Shown here piece by piece: positions 39,901 to 47,081 of a stretch of 64,000 nt of DNA (positions are counted from its first letter, which is position 1; each line of letters starts with the position of its first letter). This DNA is from a virus. The stretch lies in the UHGV virus genome UHGV-0318153. One strand, given 5' to 3'. The notes under the pieces were generated by a model that was given only the letters and a program-made list of their open reading frames with translations, was not told where the DNA came from and searched no databases. The translations under genes and the position numbers were made by a program.

Positions 39901-41018
39901 ATTTTAGGTATAACAGGTTTATCAAACACCATCATAAATTTATAAGCAAGATTTTTATCTGCTTTTAAATCATTATATAATGTTACAAGACCTTTTAAAT
40001 TTGATTTACGTTTAGCAATATCTGCAATAGAATTTACAAAATTATCTACACTACTTTTATCAGTTTCTGTAAATAATACTCCAGCAAGATATTGTCCATC
40101 CATAAATTGAATAAATCCAGCTTCAGCACCTCTATCATATTGATAAATAGGATTACCTTTTTTATCTAAAGTATAATCAATAGAAATAAGTTTTGGAATA
40201 CTATTAAGTTTATATTTAACAACTTCTTCTATATGTCCTTTAAAATCACTCTTTTCACCAATGTTCAATTCCCATGATTTAGACATATCATCAACAGTAT
40301 CTACATCTTCTGTATTACTTCCTTCCTCTTCTTGACTACCTTTATTTTCATCTTCAACGGCTTCAAATTCTAAATCAATTTGACCATATAATGCAGCAAC
40401 ATCTCGCTTCATTTTTAATTCTTCAATAAATGTTTTATCAGAAAGACTTTCAAATGCAGCAAGTTGATTACGAAGAATATTATTGTCTAATTTTTCAATG
40501 ATATTCTTTAATGCAATAGTTCTTGATGTTTCAGCAATAAGTTTATTATATTCTTCTTTTAATTCATCATTATTATTAATTTCTTTTTTGACATTAAATT
40601 CAATAAATCTTATTAATGTTGATTTAAAATCATTTATAATATCACCTAAAGATTTATATTTATTAGTAGCATTAAATTTATCGTTTGAATAAACTTTACT
40701 AATATTGCTAGCAATAAAATCCAACGCTTCTATTTTAGCAAGTTTACTAGTAAATCTTCCTGTTTGATGTTTATCAATACCTTCTTGTAAAGATTGTAAA
40801 TTCTTTGTTTTAGCATTATAAACTTCTTTCAATATTTCAAATGCTTGTTTAGGAGAAGTTTTAGCATTAATATCTTTTTTATCTAAAGCTTTTTGAAATT
40901 CAGCAGTACCAACTGTAGCTAAATAATCATTATAAAGTTGTGTACCAATAGCAACATTGTTCTCAATATAAGAACGAAGTTTAGGATAATTGTTAAGTGT
41001 AAGATTAGAACAACTCAT
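27996..41018 (-). CDS. giant 4340-aa virion protein, putative virion-packaged RNA polymerase (DFDVD metal-binding-like motif)
   Basis: uninterrupted 13-kb ORF; GSDFDVDSV motif encoded near 36286-36306 resembles the NADFDGD double-psi-beta-barrel catalytic loop; six in-frame dispersed-repeat copies. Confidence 0.5.
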   Translation of the reverse strand: MSCSNLTLNNYPKLRSYIENNVAIGTQLYNDYLATVGTAEFQKALDKKDINAKTSPKQAFEILKEVYNAKTKNLQSLQEGIDKHQTGRFTSKLAKIEALDFIASNISKVYSNDKFNATNKYKSLGDIINDFKSTLIRFIEFNVKKEINNNDELKEEYNKLIAETSRTIALKNIIEKLDNNILRNQLAAFESLSDKTFIEELKMKRDVAALYGQIDLEFEAVEDENKGSQEEEGSNTEDVDTVDDMSKSWELNIGEKSDFKGHIEEVVKYKLNSIPKLISIDYTLDKKGNPIYQYDRGAEAGFIQFMDGQYLAGVLFTETDKSSVDNFVNSIADIAKRKSNLKGLVTLYNDLKADKNLAYKFMMVFDKPVIPKIETYYDYQGGYQVRISNLSSNPTEIVVNDIKLGIKNADETTLQKFNIDIKDATIENVHEALKLIVPDIDYQSLQNMADNYKDEYKSLLYNIATISKIISDTINNKNNYIEKLSKGEDVSDLNSFIPDSYLPFIYEFSKKIAPYTNVKVNLNSRNGANNLSSDVINRSYLTNFPLIFSSEEAIEAYARQKFAGTGYNYSNVLIERVSSTGKLQPGLFRKVGDVYKLTEYANELVKISLVNGSADRRTNTSVLYKDMSKGDYLLTGLMNYVKNEEKTVVINGQEHKFATANFFMSIPSDAPKTFVATMPILSLDGLYKYNEEQYNKFRQEATNKVNALNVIDLKDEKYTDWLTNKLNIISSKNLVDLINGEKINIPVDVNKYYKVGNNSPSFAFVDKHGAKYAITGQLKEINGQFYLANAIIKGLISDGQVTKTQVNNSKLAYINNQIYLLQRQNIGIEFDINHPVVDALRNIIYQEILDAYTSARRIFKEDANGNLIMSEGQLVLKDDYNANELYLNYEKNRNGKVYDIVDGKYVLTGAVFKLSDLNSKFADVSLYHNLMGNGKVIDVLYGDREKRVKVENGKIVFDTNYQSIVDNAINETIKTYLDSYLKNATNYLRGEFSTFLENFSDENIREYLINTIINQVNYDHLFNGKSKFYKGNQDVLKRLKEIQAGGSPFGVVDFTRTSTDPAKIVQETIDMPTADGKKAVIDYTTKEPIKLYDKFKAVTVYNTNKTSKQEVIDRLEKQLNKAKLSEETKASLLKPFKDEKTKTNDAQSYITQEEWIRRITAAGELNKYASLIEALTNDTPIEEIDWTAFENKVPIQKNFYYDLYYDTKTGIEVPRQIKNAEFVLLPKLIKGTELEQVYNAMKEIGIDQLNTIETSKAANHNIITLWDNDGNIHLDEFKEQARDVIEPYSYNYLYRQQEVPEHMVDEENKAGIQILKKMLDNLPNDEHHNNLVNKFFNNYTANIKQSFVEVATELGIELDNSGNIKLKDGAIVGLNRKVFLQLVKENMAKNGADRVLMEFLDTALEGSDQLPLIMNNVSTKLENVTNALFNKRITRQTIEGWHAAQLSDFGFTVDKDTVKDSEYLANHEAEHNHKLEYRKQGEINGIPVYYAEIRLKRWSNALYRTIKQEDGTTKKIPIDINEVPEDLRTMIGYRIPTEGKQSIVIMKVVEFLPDAYGSTVVVPDEWVTQTGSDFDVDSVYAMTKHITLNKDGKVIEPTENDYPLNEKGYIRYIKDNVGMAARKALSKYNGQIESSIKFIKDKEKEDRKKLNEDYQAKILKSLDNRFKDKYNIYQLAKETKDKELHKIIQAIGKKEDGISSKEYIDSAIERLYNLKESGEIQNQTKILDNVYDTYIATQELFDSQEDDNVALSETNRNKIKDVIEENTKEQLNEAEKFANDNNLPNYVSWLSLPVEERVSRDVRNNNIVQTFIDILNSPAAFEENMGISQFSNLAEANSWMKKIANISNKYVIDDKSYGNHDAVTQLDWKESASSGIKLKAISVNLDTFASIGNRTKIRLPFAIPVRYDKETIDKQKIGEKNRFGKVENNVINFTNQGWSEDNKNVEGYLLTPYSSQTTAHILDVMKEGAIHNENTYTFNAFKVMINAGIDYKTAISFMYQPAMDNLVKYWNESQSFANSEYINPLSKALDDAATALGITTDGKNMSDLASAVYRKYNEKGYITNVYGDVGFPIIDRELNVKRFSNEMTEEEKKIHDFMVLLQFNKLNQLGSIVNNTLSILTADKFGAKPSYYATDRIFRQIDDILTNDNKLYAENKKGEIVPVVEAIYPGISKGINTFAKSDIKNSSYPSLAAMLKYSSVTALKVGQQVFETAEPNFVELIYDIAKYTKNGKLSEKLYNDYKKYLVKRLYVNDNNPAIIYPIALDDDGSVLIKQSSTGKLQIDIENEMSRIAGIGSEYTKNIDFKIADINNPTKEEVLAFAKLSPAQKVLYIKENFDNIGIFDFISVNKFNEFTIKQKGYISNELKLNQGNYTNDYLYDLFDLAYLSSNPIIRLAAIDLVKYTYVVEGNNFKVGNIARAISTLPLKPTNVGGMNIGFSTKLAFDNYRFITPTANVSEKLIIGFVRQNYDDFPARFVDVDKIIKKNVNHAQDIEFNNDGSITVYTYDTANTKDFNKLGLLNKDEAYKIIKIRRGNTAKLYYGINHIEDVTYYPLNKLDEIDTNKTIEDSSIARNNVYKSLFDIVYGYKSEKLAEQYALYKDKFVGATEITIDETNNINEALAIANNNFFDKPQLILRNTGFTGDKLIINNAINGKKYVATKITEEVADRLRGNTSNLYQDYIDFLDEYPNYKPESDYGILPVVEYGKRYSSIGERDAASFAIKQTVAIARQESFGGNKLAESMMKILNNANINYKDTKEIANNLPVASSTVAKFVKATADRLIYDAYHFTIDEDGNELKLNDARVIERVLKDNNLERKFITLINTITSFKDRYSFRDINIEGYDEDTKAALETIKEAINKLNNDTIVLQAKRSYWGEFINSSTTNPNIKSGLQDALTFYGDTGFFDLNIQDIAFNHNQLVQAVVGESQAIIKEGEFRGKIEAQQFAKMLSDLKAEAAKNGKSIDWNKIVDENGRLVQPNNKEWFEMKDKLNKEYIKAVDETKDKFSVKALRAKLEYDAFIAATTESQFIPIKDIDIDGNEVMVDYTRETIANQYAVLYNKNPKVAELYAEYKRLMKEQSDILSNIIGNTPTEEQDEKIHQIYLKLRLMTSDFDDNYEIKDDEDLTAARTLYAFIDRNRYLKELFFDRNIKVGFEEQLNNALKTISDIEGARDHEGRLLIPMNILMQNKEYRKAKAWLRANAMYKPDADFINEINACLTAFNDPTISKTSALNIAIEQANARDEFGILDGRKFTAEQIERIKKETVRNFHFSKRSGLPYAGILRSQDDDVVIYEYEFYDNLRNDKVKSEDEIEDIEAINKILDKVWDSTARVLNTGSDKLTMDDLNKLSKLLELYDLDKTKNKKAAEFIAEECVITYNNAAYEADRARAYKNGDEWYQAWKKVFETVDDEGNVVPNTIFYGVLKPKDESKWVNKNKTDYIRLINKHVQNTKTQYYYEVMRTNRDNMSKEEFKKWYFDNHYYNPYSRQYEPLKIWTHTEYIDESGNKAKGKWEARINQTDLEPNKDYLNEKYDKNYPTYKEGSTYKAKQEDGTRKEVSYDNSNYKALNEYELKLLNNLKKIMMQYAFTDSNKYYVKQGYLPSISKEKEFDYKDIFKEAMAFIGISSNIPTDTKWQDLENITYNTDEEKDNPMLQMLLDRNSSKYVEVPHFPKPGESEAEFIKRKQEAKDVNAKIREENEKIHNQLINKDWENVFKSFIINSARYDAIRLIKGKLYAADDALLSYDAYKLNYKNELIQDYRLSAESEVEYKTESNRNTSAQLRNYIRRVVRDTYKNNTNPQLLKFASIAQNMAGTKYMMLNITGGIANILTGQTNLAAERFAREYFNEKDWIVGQNLYVGGAISYMSNMYNDKSTTLQDGIIKLANVVDYDRIAELTANDIKGNIKKLRGLLFTPQTAGEHYMQNTVLLTMMKNHRIIKDADGNVKIVSFEMFKREKELEALMIVLNEEERDAYDKFFNDILADENRRANYNMFNDNVITDFIRTHLTKERMIEFVRKRKELMKEAKKKFEELPDVYSQFELVDDYANLKADADIELKDFAKLVEKVIKVNKKVHGVYDKIGAAKIENEWWGGIVMQFHKHLYPGFKKRYRRHGYYDEVLETIEKGAYNSLMQFINTPYHLTKYKRSQEELDTLQAIQEYCKNAISFITHIKLNYNLLSENERANIRRAYADFVYTGAAVVTAIALTAIAGGDKDNEESIWYNLLMYQADRLASEAFAFTPIGLASEGEKLWSSPVAIWQSGDDLLKGLAFGVQTLIDNGFEGEYKTGRYAGENKLKVIIGRNIPVYRNIQRIIELPDNNSYYKLGDNALSVIPVKKIGEWIRK
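32910..32930 (+). repeat. degenerate dispersed element copy (TTCCACTACGGGCAAGATACC)
   Basis: minus-strand gene reads ILPVVE. Confidence 0.7.
34176..34197 (-). repeat. dispersed element copy, B orientation (CTGTAGCTTGCCCGTAGAGGAT)
   Basis: giant gene reads SSTGKLQ. Confidence 0.9.
35631..35650 (+). repeat. dispersed element copy, A orientation
   Basis: ttcctctacgggcaagctta; giant gene reads SLPVEE. Confidence 0.9.
39267..39288 (-). repeat. dispersed element copy, B orientation
   Basis: ctgtagcttgcccgtagaggat; giant gene reads SSTGKLQ. Confidence 0.9.
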
Positions 41019-41055
41019 ATTAGTAAGTATTTAATTAATAATATTAATAACAACA

Positions 41056-41102
41056 TCATGTTCTGACTATGACAAATTGAAAAATTGATGCCTTGTCAGA
41101 AC
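41056..41102. other. 13-bp perfect inverted repeat (atcatgttctgac / gtcagaacatgat) in the 5' leader of the giant gene
   Basis: arms at 41056-41068 and 41090-41102. Confidence 0.5.
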
Positions 41103-41112
41103 ATGATTTTTA

Positions 41113-41146
41113 GGCTGTCTGACGGACTTTTATCAAAAATTGATAC
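41113..41146 (+). promoter_or_regulatory. conserved upstream element (GGCTGTCTGACGGACTTTTATCAAAAATTGATAC) ~95 nt upstream of the 41018 start
   Basis: near-identical to the copy at 58731-58764, which is similarly placed upstream of the 58586 start. Confidence 0.5.
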
Positions 41147-41149
41147 ATA

Positions 41150-44100
41150 CTACATACAATACATAGAAAGTTCGCCAGTGGTCAGCATTTGGCGTGCAGT
41201 GGCTTGTAATGATGGTGAAATGTTATTGACAACCGAATTGAAATTTGTTATTTGTCGCTCATCAATAGAACTAAATGCAAATCTATCATCAGCAAAATCA
41301 TCTTCAACATTATTATCTTCTTGCACATTATTGGCATTTATTTCTTCTTGTTTTTCTTCTTCAACTTTATTTATATCTTGTTCATCTTTGAAATCTAATG
41401 TTGTTTGAATAACTTTTTTCGGTTGCGTTCTTTTACTTCTACTTTTAGTTATCTTATTAAGCAACATCATTTCTCTGTATAACAAAGAATTTCTATCAAC
41501 TTCAATACCAAGCATATCTGCTATTACAAGTAATAATTCTTGAAATAAATTCTTTACTTTATCTTTAAATCTACTACTTGCTGGTATCTTATTTAAAGCT
41601 GACATTAAATCTCTATTAGTTAAAGACTCAACAAGAAATTCTTCAAGATTAATATCTCTATCTTGACTTATATCAATAAATTGTTTTAGATATGGTAAAT
41701 CTTCATTATTAGGTTCTTTCTTTTCTAATTCTTCAACATATTGTTTATATCTATTATATATATCTTCAATAATATTTAATGCTTTTTCTTTATTATAAAT
41801 TGTATCAAGTTGTTTATGTAGACTTTCATGAATGATAGTTCTAATTAATCTACCATAATTCATATTACCAATACGATTACCATTTAAAGTAATTTCTTTT
41901 GTATTAATATCATACAAAGCATATATAGGTTTTGCTTCTGTATCAATTATATTATCAATATTAATAACTTCTGGTAATATACCAATACGTTCTAATGCTT
42001 CAATATATTCCAACACTTCATTGTTATTACGAAACATTTCACGTAAAGCATTATTAGTTTTATTAATAGCTAATTGTTTAATAACAAATTCTGCATTAAC
42101 TTTGTTATCTAATAAATTAGCTGTATTAACCCAACTTGTTTCATCGGCTTTAAATACAACTTGAACTGTTGTTAAATTAGTTTTATGAAATATTCCACTA
42201 ATAGTATTATCTTCATTTTTTGGTAAATTTTGTAAATTAGTTGAAAGAAAATTATTACTAACAAGAAAATCTTGATAACTATTAAATTCTTTACTAACTT
42301 TACCAACAGATATTATTGTTTTACCATTTTCTCTTTTATAATATTTTGTAGCAACAGGTATTTTAACTTTATCATTTATAAAACTAAATGGAATACCAAT
42401 TGTAGCATTTGTAAATAAATTATTAATATTTTTCTTTAATTCATTTTGAATATATTCATCATTAATAGTTCTTATTGTAGCACCACGAGCTTTATCGGTA
42501 ATATTATATTTAGTATCTTCAATACTATTTATTTGTAATTTTCTACCACTAGCATCATCATAAATACTAAATAGCCATTTATTATCTTTAGTTTGAAAAC
42601 CAATACTATTACCTCTTCTACCAGGTTTTACATTTATATTAATTAAACCGCTATTGCCTGTTAAAGCAAATACATCATTAGAGAATTGTTTAAAACTATA
42701 AGTATTATCTGATATAAATCTAGTAATAATGTTCTTTAACTCTTCTTGTGTAGCATCTATTAATTGTTTACCGAATGGACTAATATCATTACTTGATAAT
42801 TCTTTTTGATAACAATAAGCATAACTAGTTTGTCCATTTTCTCTAGGTATAGCAATCATAGTCATACCAACAATAGGATAACCATTAACAATATTTGGAA
42901 CAAGAGAATTAGCAAATTGTAAATTATTAGGTTTAGTAATTGTAACTAATGGATATTTATCTTCATTATAATCATCTATTACTTTTGTTATATTATTTAA
43001 TTTAGATTTATCTTTTGGGTCTGATAAATTAATTGTTCCTTTATATAATTTATCAATAACAAATTTACCTTTAGCTTTTTTAGTTGCAACAACATGTGCT
43101 TGAGCATAACTATTAGCTAATTTATTAAACCAATTATTAACACTTTCTTCTATATTAAAATTATCTGCCGCAACTCTAGCATAAAGTTTTCCAATATGCA
43201 TTACAATATTTTCTATTTGCTTTTCTGCTTCTTCTTGTATTTCGCTTAATGTTTGTCTAAAATTAATAAATTCTGGATAACTAGATAATTCTGTAAATAT
43301 TTGGTCACGATAAATTTTAACATCATCTTTTTTATTTCTAGAAAAAGCAAATGCTCTTAAAGCAGACTCTAAATCTTCGGTTGGTTCAGTAAATACTTTT
43401 AATATAAAGTCTTTTAATTTACTTTTAGCAAAACTTTCATTTAAAGCAATGTCATATAACCAACCTTCATTAGTAGTTCTATAAACACCTTCATTATCTA
43501 TTTGTGGTACACCAAGATAACCAACAAAATTTCCATCTTTTCTTAATATAATTCTACCAAGATAAGTATCATATTCATATTCTAATTCATCGCCAGGATT
43601 TAATTTTGTTATAGTTTCAAAATCAGTATCATCAATATTAGCATTATTTGGAATATATTCTTCAAGTTTAGCTTTTTCTCTACTTGTTAATGTTAATAAT
43701 CTATTTTTATATTGTTCTTTGCTAAGATTTAATATTGTATCATTATCAGTTAATACATATTCTGTATTATTTTTACTATATATAAATGATTTAATTTCAT
43801 CATATAAAAATTCTGCTACTAATCTATTATTAGATAAATTATAAATATATTGTGTTAAAGTATCAGCGTTAATATAAGTTTTACCTTTTATAGTACGACC
43901 ATAAGTTTTACCATTATCTGCTTGCTTTTTAGCAAATTCTTCTAATATAGCAATTATATGTCGTTGTTTCTTATTAGGTTTTTTCTTAATAATAGACAAT
44001 GTAGCATTTTTCAATAAAACTCTATCACTTTCTGATATAGCACTTTGTAATTGATTATTATCACCAAATACAGCTAAATCATCAGTAAAAGCGCTAATAG

Positions 44101-47077
44101 TATTCATCCATGTATTATCTACTATTTCTTTACTAAATCCTAATTCTAATAATTTATTTAATATTGCTTCTTTATTATTATTAGCAAATTGAGCAAATTC
44201 ATTATCATTTAATTCATCAATATTAATATTAGAAGCAACAGCAATACTATCTAATTGATTATATAATTCTTCAGAAGCAGCATCATATAATTCATTTTCA
44301 CTTAATTCAGCAAGATTAAGAGTTGGCTGTGCTGTGGCTGTAGTAGCATTATCCTCTACGGGCAAGTTACTGCTAGCTTTATCATCTTTAGTATCTGTTG
44401 CAACTGGAGCAACTTCAGGCGTTATAGTAGTTTCAGGAGTTTCTGATGTATCAGTCGTTGCATCTTCTTCTAGCTTGCCCGTAAAGGATGTGATGCCATC
44501 ATCAACAGGCTTGCCATCTAATTCTGGTACATCATCATCTTTATTTACAGTTTCATCATAAGCAACTTGTCTATTTAATTCTTCATCTATAAACTCTTTT
44601 TGTAATTCAAGATTGTTTAAATCATATTCGGCTTCTTGTAAAACTTTTAAAGATGTATTATAAGCATCTGCATCTTTTTCTTCCATATTGGCAACATCAA
44701 AATTATCTCTATATTTTCTATATAAATCATTTTGAGTTTTAATAGCATTGTTTATAATTTTTCTTCTACTTTCATCAAGAACATTTCTAAGTTCTGTTAC
44801 TCTTTTCTTTAAAGCTGGTTCTGTCAAATCAACACTCTTTTCATTTAATCTATAATTCAAGTCATTATCAAACTTTCCATATATAGTATTAAATTCATCA
44901 GAATAATTATCACGAACTTTCTTTGCAGTATCAATTATTTGTTTGTCATTTACAACACCATTTTCATCATATAAATCAGCTGGTTGTATTTTTTCTAATT
45001 GTTTCTTTTGATTTTCTAATTCATCTAATAATTGTTTCTTTTCTCTTTTTGATAAATTAGCATCAGTTTTTGTATTAAATATTTGATTTTCAATAGCACG
45101 TATTCTATTTCTATAAACAAGTTTTTCAATAGCAGAAACATCTTCTTGACTAATATTTATATTATCATCAGCCATTACTTTATTATATAAATTATCATTA
45201 TATAACTTCAATGTATCATATAATTGTTTTTTATTATTTTCTTCTACTAATTGTCTTGCTATAATACGACCAATATCAAAATTACCACCAACTTTATTTA
45301 CTTTATCAAATACATTCAAATACAATTTTTTTGTATTATCAAGTCTTTCAATAAATTGTTTTTGTAATTCTAATGCTTCATTATCTTTAAGATTAAGTTT
45401 TTCTTTAAATCCTTTTGCTATATTTGTATCTCTAGCAAATTCTTCTAACAATTCAAGATTACCATTATCAATAGCATCTATTATCATTCCATCAAAATAA
45501 GAATTACGAGCAAGTTTTTCTAGTTCTTGACGTTCTGTATCATTGGTAATATCGGCAGCAACTTGATTTCCTTCAGCATCTTTAATTGTTATATAAGGGT
45601 TTTTATTTTGATTAATACTATTAATAGCTTCATTATATCTTTGAAAATGTAATTGTCTATTTAGTATTTCTTGTTTCTTTTTATCTTCAGCATTTGTCCA
45701 TTCTTTATTTAGCTTTCTTTGAATAAATTCGCCAGCAGCATCAGCAGCACCACTAAATACTACACCACCAATAACACCCCAAAAAGCTGACTCCCACATC
45801 ATTGGGTCTTTAAGATAATCTTTAACAGTCTTAATATCAGTATCTTTATCAAAAGCAAGTTTAGCTAATTCCATACCTTTTTCACTACCGATATAGTTTA
45901 TAGCTTCTTCTATACCTTCTGTCCATTCATTACGAGTGCCTGTTGCAATACCATAGCCAATATCTTTTATCTTATCTATTGCTTTATCTTTAAAAGTAGT
46001 TTTAGCTATTGCTTCTTGTATAACAGCAGCTTCATCGCCAAATTTTGCAGCAGCAGCCTTATTAAGTTTTTGTAATTTTCTAGTATTACTACCTTGTAAT
46101 GCTTTTGACCACATATTCTTTAATCCATATACTTGTGCTATATCAAACATAGTATTCCATAGATTAAAATCAAAACTTTCATCTCCTGCATTATTTGCTA
46201 TATCTTTTGCTATTTCTTCATTTGTTTTATTTGCATATTCTGGATTGTTTTTATCAAATTCAGCACGTTGCTTAGTGTCCATACTATTAAGTTCTTTAAT
46301 AGCATAATCATAAGCATTTTGACTAGTTTGATTAGCTTCTTGATAATTTTCTAACATGCGCATTGTAATACCAGTCTTAGTAGCATCTATACCTTTAGCA
46401 GCAAGTTCTCTAGTTTTCTCTGATAATTTCAATACATTTGCTAATTTATTACCAGCTTTATTAATACTAAGTAAACTACCAATTTTAGATAATCCTTTAC
46501 TAACTCCAACTCCAGGAACCATTAAAGTTAAACTACTAGCTATACTAGGAGCATTACTAGCCCACCATGCAAAATCTGTAACATCAAATGCTTTAGTTGG
46601 GTCTTCTTTATATATCGGCATTTGTTCATTAATAGACTCTTTAAATTGTGCAAGAGATTCTATAATATCAGGTCTTTCATAAGATAAATCTCCATCCATT
46701 GCATCTATTAATATAGAAGCTAAATCAGCAGCACCTAATACAGTTCCTGTTGTTATTTCATTTAATGTTTGACCAATAGCATAAGCACCTTGTTCAAATA
46801 CAGATTGATTATTAGCACGTTCTTTATTTAATTCTTCAACTGTATTAACAGGATTAACTGTAACATCATATTCTGTATATTTAGTTGGGTCGCCTAAATA
46901 ACTAAGTCCATATTGATTAGGTATAACATTTTCTAATATATTGGATGCAAAGTCATCACGTTTATTATAATCTGTATTAACAATAGAAGGAGGCTCTAAA
47001 GCCCCCTTTTTAGTTTTAGGATTATATTCTGGATTAGGTCTTTTATCTTTACCTTTAATAATATCTATTATGTTCAT
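41150..47077 (-). CDS. giant 1975-aa acidic virion protein with HExxH (zincin-like) motif and a Thr/Asp-rich low-complexity linker
   Basis: IIHESLHKQLD encoded near 41815-41850; linker TDTSETPETTITPEVAPVATDTKDD... carries two repeat copies. Confidence 0.55.
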   Translation of the reverse strand: MNIIDIIKGKDKRPNPEYNPKTKKGALEPPSIVNTDYNKRDDFASNILENVIPNQYGLSYLGDPTKYTEYDVTVNPVNTVEELNKERANNQSVFEQGAYAIGQTLNEITTGTVLGAADLASILIDAMDGDLSYERPDIIESLAQFKESINEQMPIYKEDPTKAFDVTDFAWWASNAPSIASSLTLMVPGVGVSKGLSKIGSLLSINKAGNKLANVLKLSEKTRELAAKGIDATKTGITMRMLENYQEANQTSQNAYDYAIKELNSMDTKQRAEFDKNNPEYANKTNEEIAKDIANNAGDESFDFNLWNTMFDIAQVYGLKNMWSKALQGSNTRKLQKLNKAAAAKFGDEAAVIQEAIAKTTFKDKAIDKIKDIGYGIATGTRNEWTEGIEEAINYIGSEKGMELAKLAFDKDTDIKTVKDYLKDPMMWESAFWGVIGGVVFSGAADAAGEFIQRKLNKEWTNAEDKKKQEILNRQLHFQRYNEAINSINQNKNPYITIKDAEGNQVAADITNDTERQELEKLARNSYFDGMIIDAIDNGNLELLEEFARDTNIAKGFKEKLNLKDNEALELQKQFIERLDNTKKLYLNVFDKVNKVGGNFDIGRIIARQLVEENNKKQLYDTLKLYNDNLYNKVMADDNINISQEDVSAIEKLVYRNRIRAIENQIFNTKTDANLSKREKKQLLDELENQKKQLEKIQPADLYDENGVVNDKQIIDTAKKVRDNYSDEFNTIYGKFDNDLNYRLNEKSVDLTEPALKKRVTELRNVLDESRRKIINNAIKTQNDLYRKYRDNFDVANMEEKDADAYNTSLKVLQEAEYDLNNLELQKEFIDEELNRQVAYDETVNKDDDVPELDGKPVDDGITSFTGKLEEDATTDTSETPETTITPEVAPVATDTKDDKASSNLPVEDNATTATAQPTLNLAELSENELYDAASEELYNQLDSIAVASNINIDELNDNEFAQFANNNKEAILNKLLELGFSKEIVDNTWMNTISAFTDDLAVFGDNNQLQSAISESDRVLLKNATLSIIKKKPNKKQRHIIAILEEFAKKQADNGKTYGRTIKGKTYINADTLTQYIYNLSNNRLVAEFLYDEIKSFIYSKNNTEYVLTDNDTILNLSKEQYKNRLLTLTSREKAKLEEYIPNNANIDDTDFETITKLNPGDELEYEYDTYLGRIILRKDGNFVGYLGVPQIDNEGVYRTTNEGWLYDIALNESFAKSKLKDFILKVFTEPTEDLESALRAFAFSRNKKDDVKIYRDQIFTELSSYPEFINFRQTLSEIQEEAEKQIENIVMHIGKLYARVAADNFNIEESVNNWFNKLANSYAQAHVVATKKAKGKFVIDKLYKGTINLSDPKDKSKLNNITKVIDDYNEDKYPLVTITKPNNLQFANSLVPNIVNGYPIVGMTMIAIPRENGQTSYAYCYQKELSSNDISPFGKQLIDATQEELKNIITRFISDNTYSFKQFSNDVFALTGNSGLININVKPGRRGNSIGFQTKDNKWLFSIYDDASGRKLQINSIEDTKYNITDKARGATIRTINDEYIQNELKKNINNLFTNATIGIPFSFINDKVKIPVATKYYKRENGKTIISVGKVSKEFNSYQDFLVSNNFLSTNLQNLPKNEDNTISGIFHKTNLTTVQVVFKADETSWVNTANLLDNKVNAEFVIKQLAINKTNNALREMFRNNNEVLEYIEALERIGILPEVINIDNIIDTEAKPIYALYDINTKEITLNGNRIGNMNYGRLIRTIIHESLHKQLDTIYNKEKALNIIEDIYNRYKQYVEELEKKEPNNEDLPYLKQFIDISQDRDINLEEFLVESLTNRDLMSALNKIPASSRFKDKVKNLFQELLLVIADMLGIEVDRNSLLYREMMLLNKITKSRSKRTQPKKVIQTTLDFKDEQDINKVEEEKQEEINANNVQEDNNVEDDFADDRFAFSSIDERQITNFNSVVNNISPSLQATARQMLTTGELSMYCM
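44351..44370 (+). repeat. dispersed element copy, A orientation, in the low-complexity linker of the 1975-aa protein
   Basis: atcctctacgggcaagttac; reads NLPVED. Confidence 0.85.
44471..44489 (-). repeat. dispersed element copy, B orientation (GTAAAGGA variant), same linker
   Basis: tagcttgcccgtaaaggat; reads FTGKLE. Confidence 0.8.
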
Positions 47078-47081
47078 AATC

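Noticed and set aside
27996-47077. Antisense small ORFs inside the giant genes (e.g. 28914-29147, 30066-30296, 30564-30971, 46356-46682)
   Set aside because: These are low-complexity Ile/Phe/Ser-rich translations of the AT-rich opposite strand with no independent signals. They are almost certainly non-coding.
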